NCBI RefSeq assembly: GCF_009914755.1
Contig: NC_060941.1
DNA: 64,000 nucleotides
Direction: 5' to 3' (one strand)
Source of the DNA: the human T2T-CHM13v2.0 reference genome, Homo sapiens
Position 1 is the stretch's first letter. Each line of letters starts with the position of its first letter. The notes beneath the pieces are model-generated. The model was not told the origin of the DNA and made no database searches. It worked only from the letters and a program-made list of their open reading frames with translations. The translations under genes and the position numbers were made by a program. Shown one piece after another: positions 51,763-64,000 of the stretch.

Positions 51763-53939
51763 GAATTGGATGAGAATTGATATACTAGGGAACAATGAAA
51801 TAGATTCGGAAGGGTGGGTAGGATTTGTAGGCAGACATGGGGGTTTTGTGGATAGCATTCCAAGTGGAGAGAATAACATTAATGAATGTAATGCCATTGG
51901 TGGAAAATAAGTTTAGAAATGTAGTTTGGACCAAAATGGGGAGAACCCTGAAAACTTAACCTGGAGAAGATTATATAATATTGAGAACTTGTAGGTTAAA
52001 GTTTTTGAGCAGGAAGATTGAGTAATTCTTTAGAAGTGCTTTAGAGATCTTGGCTAGGTGCGGTGGCTCACGCCTGTAATCCTAGCACTTTGGGAGGCTA
52101 AGGCGGGTGGATCACTTGAGGTCAGGAGTTTCAGACCAGTCTGGCCAACATGGTGAAACCCTGTCTTTACCAAAAAATACAACAATTAGCCAGGTGTGGT
52201 GGTGCACGCCTGTAGTCCCAGCTACTTGGGAGGCTGACACAGGGGGATCGCTTTGAACTCCGTCTCAAAAAAAAAAAAAAAAAGAAAGAAATGCTTTAGA
52301 GATCTTATTTGAGTTAGGAGTGATGTATCTGTTAGGGTTTTTGGAAGCAGAGAAGTGATACCAACTATCTTAAGAATTTTCTTGGCCAGGCGTAGTGGCT
52401 CACGCCTGTAATCCCAGCACTTTGGGAAGCCAAGGTGGGCAGATCACTTGAGGTCAAAAGTTCCATACCAGCCTGGCCAACATGGTGAAACCTTGTCTCC
52501 ACTAAAAATACAAAAATTAGCTGGGCGTGGTGGTGGACGCCTGTAATCACAGCTGCTCAGGAGGTTGAGGCACGAGAATTGTTTGAATCCGGGGGCGGAG
52601 GTTGCAGTGAGCCGAGATTGCGCCACTGCACTCCAGCCTGGGCAACAGCGTGAGACTCTGTCTCAAAAAAAAAAAAAAAAAAGAAGAATAATTTTATTAT
52701 AAGACTATTAAGTTGCTCGCAGACTGAAAAGGAAGGCTGAAGAGAGTCTAGGATAGCTCCTGGGGTCTTGATACAAGGAATGAATAGACAGTTTCATCAG
52801 GATGCCACCCAAATGAATAAGTGCCAACCGTTTTTTTCCAGACTTGTATCATTTGTTCAAGATTCAGAATTTCCAAAAACCAAGTACATGTTTCCTAGAG
52901 GGGAATACCTAGGCAGAGGAGAGGTAATATCTCAAAAGGAAATCTAAGACCATTACTAAAACATCCTCATAGATGTTGGGAGGCTGAGCAAGAAGCTGTT
53001 CTTTACAGGTGTACAGAATGGACTAAAGAGAATAAGACTAGAGATTGGAATGCTTGAGAGGTGTTTTGCTGTAGAACAGACAAGAGGTAACAGAGACCTA
53101 AACAAAAAGTAGTGGCAGTGGGATTGGCAGTGAGGGTTTTGATGTGAAAAATGCCATAGAGGTAGAATCTGTAAAATTTAGTAACAAATACTTCTTTTTA
53201 AATACACAGATGACTGTAGAGTGCCTAGATAGCCTAGAGAAAGTTGATGATGAGGTATGGAAATCTGGCTCTGTTACTTAGTAGCTATATGATAGTGAGC
53301 AAATTACTTACATTCTTTGAACTTCAAGTATAATTTGAGGTGGTAATTATTTTAAAACAGTTGTGAGAGTTATATATATATTTTTATTTTTTGAGACAAG
53401 ATCTGGCTGTTACTCAGGCTGGAGTGCAGTGGGTTAACTGCAGCCTCTACCTCCTGAGCTTGGGGGATCCTCCCACCTCAGCCTCCCAAGTCGCTGGGAC
53501 TGCAGTTGCGCACCACAACACCTGACTAAATTTTTTTTTTTTTTTCTGTAGAGACAGGGTTCCACCATGTTGCCCAGGCTTGTCTCGAACTCCTAGGCTC
53601 AAGTGATCCTCTCCTCTGCCCTCGACCTCCCAGAGTGCTGGGATTACAGGTGTGAGCCACTGCGCCCACCCCAGTTATGAGAATTAAATAAGCAAAATGC
53701 CTGGAATATAGCGAGAAGTCAATGAGTGTTAATTCCCTTCCCTATTAAACAGAAAAATAGAGAATTTTTGATTATTTTTTTGTTTGAGGGTGCTGCAGGC
53801 AGGTGCTATAGTTTGTTATCTCTGTATACTTGGTTTTAGAACTTAATGCCTTTCTAGGTGGGTATTCTTATGGAAGCAGATGGGAAGTATTCTGGATTAG
53901 AAATCAGTTTCAGCTTTAGAATTTTAAAATAAGCCTTTT

Positions 53940-54480
53940 GTTTTTACTTAATAATTTCAGATGTACAGAAAAAGTGCAAAGAAGATAGTACAGAGTTCTT
54001 GTATACCTTTCATCTACTTTCCTCTGATTTTTTTTTTCTTTTCTTTGTTTTTTTGGAGAGTCTCACTCTGTCCCCCACACTGGGGGACACTACACCCTCC
54101 ATCTCCTGGGTTCAGGTGATTCTTGTGTCTCAGCCTCCCAAGTAGCTGGATTACAGGTGCACGCCACCAGGACCGGCTAATTTTTGTATTTTTTAGTAGA
54201 GACAGTGTTTCACCATGTTGGCCAGACTGGTCTCAAATGCTTGACCTCAAGTGATCCGGCTACCTCAGCCTCCCAAAATGCTGGGACTACAGGTGTGAGC
54301 CACCATGCCCGGCCTTTCCTCTAATGTTAACATTTTAAATAACCATGGTACATTTGTCAATGCTAACAAGTTAACATTGTTACAATATTATTAACTAAAC
54401 TACCAATTTTGTCCAGATTTTCCACTAACATCCTTTTCCTGTTTCAGGATCTAATTTAGGATACCACCTTGTATTTAGTA
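53940..54480 (-). mobile_element. L1MC/MD-type 3' end, split by an Alu
   Basis: AATAATTTCAGATGTACAGAAAAAGTGCAAAG...CAGGATCTAATTTAGGATACCACCTTGTATTTAGT. Confidence 0.6.
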
Positions 54481-54818
54481 CCTTTAGGTTTTTTAGTTAT
54501 AGTTTTGTTATTAACTGTGACTTTAAGCACACCACCCAACCCTTCAGGCACTTGTGCATCTAAGATACCTTTTATCTCTGAAGTTTTGAGTTTGTTTAAT
54601 ATCTGTCATACAGTGTGCCCTATTTTTATTTTGAAATAAATAAGACTATAAGATCTAATCAATACAACTGATCTTGTTGACAGTAAAATTTAATTTTTAT
54701 CTTGTAATTTTACTTTAGTATTAAAGGAAAACTATAATAATGTTGAATTTTGGGAAAAATCACAAGAGCTTTTTCTTCCATTTGAATCAAAAAGATAAAA
54801 AGAGAGGGCTTGTATTTT

Positions 54819-55453
54819 TGTCACCAGTAGAGGGTCATGACTCCAGGTTCTTGGCGTTTTGGACAAAGAATTGGTTAAAATGTCCAGCAAAGCAAAGAAA
54901 GAATGAAGTAACAAAAGAACGAAAGCAGGGATTTATTGAAAATGAAAGTACACTCCACAGTGTGGGAGCAGACCTGAGGAGCGGCTCAAGGAGCCCAGGT
55001 GTAGAATCTTCTTGGGTTCAAATACCCCCTAGAAGTTTCCCATTGGCCACTTCATGCTCACCTCATGTAACTGAAGGGTAGCCTGCAATCAGTCTGATTG
55101 GTTGGGGAAAGCAGCCCACCAGAGGCTGATGTGAAGTTACAAAGGTCACACTCCTGTGCAAACATCCGATTGGTTGCAAAAACTTTGTAACTTCGCATCT
55201 GCAAAAAGCAACCAATCAGAGGCTAGGGTGAAGTTACAAAGTTGCAAACGAAGACTCCACCAGCAATCAGTCTGATTTGCTGGGGACAGCCAATATCCCA
55301 TCTGCAGTGCTCAGGAAAGGTCAAAGGGAGTCGCCTCTGGTCCTTTTGTTACTTAGGCATGGAAAGTTAGGGTTTTCCTTTCAATTTAGTTCTAGGAAAT
55401 TGGCATGAAACAGCCTTAGGTTCCCTGCCTCCAGACCCTATTCTCCTGCCTCA
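54819..55453 (-). mobile_element. MER51-family LTR (ERV1), 3' LTR
   Basis: Minus strand begins TGAGGCAGGAGAATAGGGTCTGGAGGCAGGGAACCTAAGG and ends ...GGTGACA; multiple CCAAT boxes; AATAAA (tttatt ~54932). Confidence 0.8.
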
Positions 55454-55960
55454 TCTTCCTCTGAGAGACATGATCCCCATAAATCTTTATGGGAGGCAGA
55501 AGGACTGAAGGTCTTTCTTCTGTAACTGCTTCATGCTGATTTGGGGCTTAGTCCCTACCTGTTGGAGATCACGGAACTCTCACCCTGTTCTGTCTAGTGG
55601 AAGGAGGGTAGCTTTTTGATGGCCAGGGGTAGTATCTTCACCTGGAACTGGCTGGAACTTTGCTGCATGATCATCTGAAGTTTGGTGGTCTCTAGGCGAG
55701 GGGAAATGAAATTGATTAAAAGACTTAATGGGAATTTTGGGAGTGGATACCTATGCTGTTATAGAAATTTGCTGGAGAAAAAACAAAACCTGCTCTGTTC
55801 TAGAATCTGTGTGTTTCCTTAAAGTCTTAGCACAAGTGATTCCATTTTGGTTTGGTTTGTTGGGGCCCAGTGCATGAGCTTAGTCCAAAACAATGACCTC
55901 CCAGAATTTTGTTTAAAAAAACTCCCCCTTTTTGGTCAGGTTCTCACTTAGGTGAGAGTG
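55454..55960 (-). mobile_element. ERV internal 3' fragment adjoining the MER51 LTR
   Basis: Purine-rich tract directly 5' of the LTR on the - strand; non-Alu ERV-like sequence that ends abruptly at a headless Alu. Confidence 0.6.
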
Positions 55961-56378
55961 CTTGCGCTCTGGAGTTTGAGGCCAGCCTGGGCAACATAAC
56001 AAGACTTTGTCTCTACTAAAAAGAAAACATATTAGTTGAGCATGGTGGTGTGTGCCTGTAGTCTCAGCTGCTTGGGAGGCTAAGGTGGGAGGATCACTTG
56101 AGCTCAGGAAATCAAGGCTGCAGTGAGCTGTGCTTGTGTTACTGCACTCCAACCCGGGCAACGGAGCGAGACCCTGTCTCTAAATAAATAAATTAAAAAA
56201 AAACCTTAGGTTTTTGGATTACTAAATTGGATACATTAGTGTGACACACTTTAATTTTATAGGCAACTCAGAAAGAAGATTGGCTTGAATGACTAGATTA
56301 TTTTGAGTTAGAAATTTCTTTGAGATATTGAAGTGGAGACATACGGTTTTATAAGTAAATAAATGTAAATAAGTATAA

Positions 56379-56678
<300 letters not shown>

Positions 56679-56739
56679 TAGGACTACAGGCGTGAGCCAC
56701 CACACCCTGCTAATTTTTGTACTTTTTAGTAGAGATGGG

Positions 56740-57257
56740 TGCCGAGACCAGCTCCGTGTGCGGAGACCAGCTCGGTTGTGGAGATCCTAACCCAGCGTTG
56801 CTAGAGGAATTAAAGACACACACACAGAAATATAAAGTGTGGAGTGGGAAATCAGGGGGCTGACAGCCTTCAGAGCTGAGAGCCTCAAACAGAGTTTTAC
56901 CCACATATTTATTGACAGCAAGCCAGTGATAAGCATTGTTTCTATAGATTATAGATTAACTAAAATGGGAAACAAAGGGATGGGCCAAAACAAAGGTATG
57001 GGCCCTGGCTAGTTATCTGCAGCAGGAGCATGTCCTTAAGGCACAGATCACTCATGGTATTGTTTGTGGCTTAGGACCGCCTTAAGCAGTTTTCCATCCT
57101 GGGTGGGCCAGGTGTTCCTTGCCCTCATTTCGGTAAACCCACAACCTTCGGCGTGGGCATCATGGCCATCACAAACATGTCGCAGTGCTGCAGAGATTTT
57201 GTTTATGGCCAGTTTTGGGGCCAGTTTATGGCCAGATTTGGAGGCCTGTTCCCAACA
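56740..57257 (-). mobile_element. MER9 solo LTR (HERV-K9 / HML-3) with 6-bp TSD GATGGG, inserted in an Alu
   Basis: TG...CA termini; - strand starts TGTTGGGAACAGGCCTCCAAATCTGGCCATAAACTGGCCCCAAAACTGGCC; TSD at 56734-56739 and 57258-57263; the Alu reads continuously across it (AGAGATGGG|GTTTCACC). Confidence 0.9.
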
Positions 57258-57380
57258 GATGGGGTTTCACCATATTGGACAGGCTGGTCTCAAACTCCTG
57301 ACCTCGTGATCCACCCATCTCGGCCTCCCAAAGTGCTGGGATTACAGGCGTGAGCCACTGTGCCCGGCCTGCCTGGCTAA

Positions 57381-57584
<204 letters not shown>

Positions 57585-58228
57585 TAAACTCCTGTGCTCA
57601 AGGGATCCTTCTGCCTTAGCCTCCTGAGTAGTTAGGACTGCAGGTGTTTGCCACCACACCTGGCTAATTTTTAAAGTTTTTGTAGAGACAGTGTCTTGCA
57701 ATGTTGCCTAGGCCAGTCTTGAATTCCTGGGCTCAAGCAGTCCTCCTGCCTCGGCCTTCGTAAGTGTTGGGATTATAGGCATGAGCCACTGAGTCTCCAG
57801 GGCCTTACCATAGTTATCTTTTTGAATTACTAGTAATGCAAGAGAATGTAAGTAGAGTTTGAGTCTCAGTTATAGGGCTAATAAAAGAATGTAGCCAGGT
57901 GCAGTGGCTCACGCTTGTGAGCCAGCACTTTGGGAGGCCAAGCCGGGTGGATTACGAGGTCAGGAGTTCAAGACCAGCCTGGCCAACATGGTGAAACCCT
58001 GTCTCTACTAAAAATACAAAAATTAGCTGGACGTGGTGGCGGGCATCTGTAATCCCAGCTACTCAGGAGGCTGAGGCACGAGAATTGCTTGAACCCGGGA
58101 GTGGATGTTGCAGTGAGCCGAGATCACTGCATTCCATCCTGGGTGACAGAGCTAGACTCTGTCTCAAAAAAAAAAAAAAAAGAATGTAAAAAGATTCTTC
58201 ACTCTAGAAACTAAGGCAGCTCTGTTAG

Positions 58229-58556
58229 CATTGCAGGACTTTTCCTTAGTTCAGCTAAAGAACTTGTCCGTCCCATGGCTATGAAAATTCAGGCTTGCAG
58301 ACAGTTTAAAGGGTGAGTAAAGCAGAGGGTTTTATTGGGTGAAAAGGGAAAAAAAGGGGAAATAGGGATACTCCACAAGGCCAGAGTCTCCTGCTAGAGC
58401 ACTTCCCGCCCTGCCATTCAAATCTCAGGTTCCACACAGGAAGTGGAGGGGCCAGACTCCTCCCCACTGCAAATGGCATGAACCTCCTGAGGCTCAGCTC
58501 CAGTGGGCAGGCTTGTTGTAGTTTCTCTGGGGACCCTCTCCCACCTGGCTATCTCA
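58229..58556 (-). mobile_element. MER61-family LTR (ERV1), 3' LTR
   Basis: Minus strand TGAGATAGCCAGGTGGGAGAGGGTCCCCAGAGAAACT...CCCAATAAAACCC...GCTGAACTAAGGAAAAGTCCTGCAATG; preceded by polypurine tract TTAGAGGGGAAA. Confidence 0.8.
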
Positions 58557-62083
<3,527 letters not shown>

Positions 62084-64000
62084 TGAGCCACTGTGCCTGG
62101 CCTAAGTTTTGCATTTTTAGTAGAGATGGGGTTTCATCATGTTGGCCAGGCTGGTCTTGAACTCCTGACCTCAAGTGATCTGCCTGCCTCAGCCTCTCAA
62201 AGTGTTGGGATTACAGGCCTGAGCCACCACGCCGGCCTATGTATTTCTTAAAATTGGTTTTATAGAGTATATTTAACCTATTATTAAAAGTTATTTCTGA
62301 TTAAACTCATTAATCCATGTCTGATTAATTTTGGCATATAATGTATAAGATATAATAATCTAACTTGGCTTTTTGAAGTAGAAAACCTGGAAGTGGGAAA
62401 TAAATTTTGCATTCTATTTCAATTCTGATAAAGTGAAGGAGTACTTATGCCTTTTGAACTGCCTTTATATTCTTCTTTTTTTTTTTTTTTTTGAGATGGA
62501 GTCTCACTCTGTCACCCGGGCTGTAGTGCAGTGGTATGATCTCGGCTCACTGCAACCTCTGCCTCCCAGGTTCAACGATTCTCTTGCCTCAGCCTCCCGA
62601 GTAGCTGGGATTACAGGTGCCCACCACTATGCCCAGCTAATTTTTTGTATTTTTATTAGACATGGAGTTTCATCATGTTGGCCAGGCTGGTCTCGGCCTC
62701 CTGACCTTGTGATTCGCCCGCCTTAGCCTCCCAAAGTGCTGGGATTACAGGCGTGAGCCAGCGTGCCCGGCCGTAACTGCCTTTATATTCTATGGGGAAA
62801 ATGATATGGTGGATCAGCAATGTCTTTCTTCCATAGGTATAAGGGGATGGTATTGAGAAGACTGTTACAAAACATTCATATGTATAAGCCCAAATTTAAA
62901 CATTGTTCCAATATTGTATTTTTTAAATTTATTTTTATTATTTTTATTTTTCGAATGTTCCAATATTACTATTTGAATATTCTATTGAAAATATCATTTT
63001 TATATGAATTCAGAGTAAAATTAGTTTGTGGATTTTTCTTTTTCTGTTGTTTACTATTAGAATTATGTGAGCATCAAAACAAATTTAAGTTTCCTACTTT
63101 TCTCTGTTGAAGTTTGCAAATACCTATAAAGCTATCTGGTTCTGGCTGGATGCAGTGGCTCATGCCTGTAATCCCAGCACTTTGGGAGGCTGAGGCGGGC
63201 GGACCACGTGAGCTCAGAAGTTCGAGAATAGCGTGGGTAACATGGCAAAACCTGTTGTCAAAAAATACAAAAATCAGTTGGGCGTGGTGACACATGCCTG
63301 TAGTCCCAGCTACTTGGGAGGGTGAGGTGGGAAGATCCCTTGGGCCCAGAGCTCAGGAGGTCGAGGCTGCAGTGAGATCGTGGCACTGCATTTCAGCCTG
63401 CATAACAGAGTGAGGAGACCTTGTCTCAAAACAGACAAACAAATAAAGCTATCAGATTCTAAAACATGATTAGAAGTAACAGTTTGTTACTCTTTCTAAT
63501 TACTGTCTAACAAGAGACAACAGTCCCACCTCTTGAGCGAGTTTTAGTAATTAATTATTTAGTCTACTGTTGTTGGACTTTAGTAATTATTTAGTCTACT
63601 GTTTAGGACTTTCCAACTTTTTATTTTGAAAAATGTAAAACTTACTGAAAAGTTGCAAGTCTAGTAAAATGAATAGCCATTATACCTTCATGAAAGCTTA
63701 CCAATTCATTAACTTATTGCCCTATAACATATATTGCTATGTTACGTAGACACTTTTTTTTCCCTGAACCGTTTGAATTAGTTGCAGAATCATGACCCTA
63801 AATACTTCAGTATGTATTGCTCAAGCACATTTTCCTGCTAAGCACAATATAATTGTGATAGGAAATTTAGCAGCGATATAGTATTCTTATCAAATATACA
63901 GTCTGTTAGATTTCCTCAATTTGTCATGATAATTTCTTTCTTTTTTTTTTTTTTTTTTAAGACTGATTCTCACTCCTCTCTTGCCCAGGCTGGAGTGCAG

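Noticed and set aside
58229-58556. p53 response element in the MER61 LTR
   Set aside because: Some MER61 subfamilies carry p53 sites, but only one imperfect half-site (CAACAAGCCT on -) is visible here.

Overview
Human (primate) genomic DNA, extremely Alu-rich, with no protein-coding exon. The anchor is a CpG island at ~14.85-16.1 kb. It contains the MIR4523 hairpin (15398-15466), which identifies the window as the promoter and non-coding exon 1 of TAOK1 (+ strand, 17q11.2; splice donor AGG|GTAAGG at 15760/15761). Positions 1-14.8 kb are upstream intergenic sequence, and everything after 15761 is TAOK1 intron 1; coding exon 2 lies beyond the window. Retrocopies present are a 3'-truncated U4 snRNA pseudogene, a U6 pseudogene and a TMA7 processed pseudogene. 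Mobile DNA includes roughly 100 Alus (one is a near-consensus human-specific AluYa5), fragmented antisense L1M, MIR/L2, MER20, MER2-type and MST elements, and a cluster of three antisense ERV insertions (MER51, MER9 solo LTR, MER61). The most interesting leads are: (i) splice-site evidence for a head-to-head antisense transcript overlapping TAOK1 exon 1 and MIR4523, with a candidate downstream exon at 1028-1157; (ii) a hairpin-versus-G-quadruplex switch in the ATG-free 5'UTR; (iii) a flip in Alu orientation bias across the promoter; (iv) unexplained non-repeat DNA with hairpins inserted inside an old L1. I found no convincing wholly new biological system; the leads above are hypotheses. Repeat subfamily names are from recalled consensus sequences, not from a RepeatMasker run.
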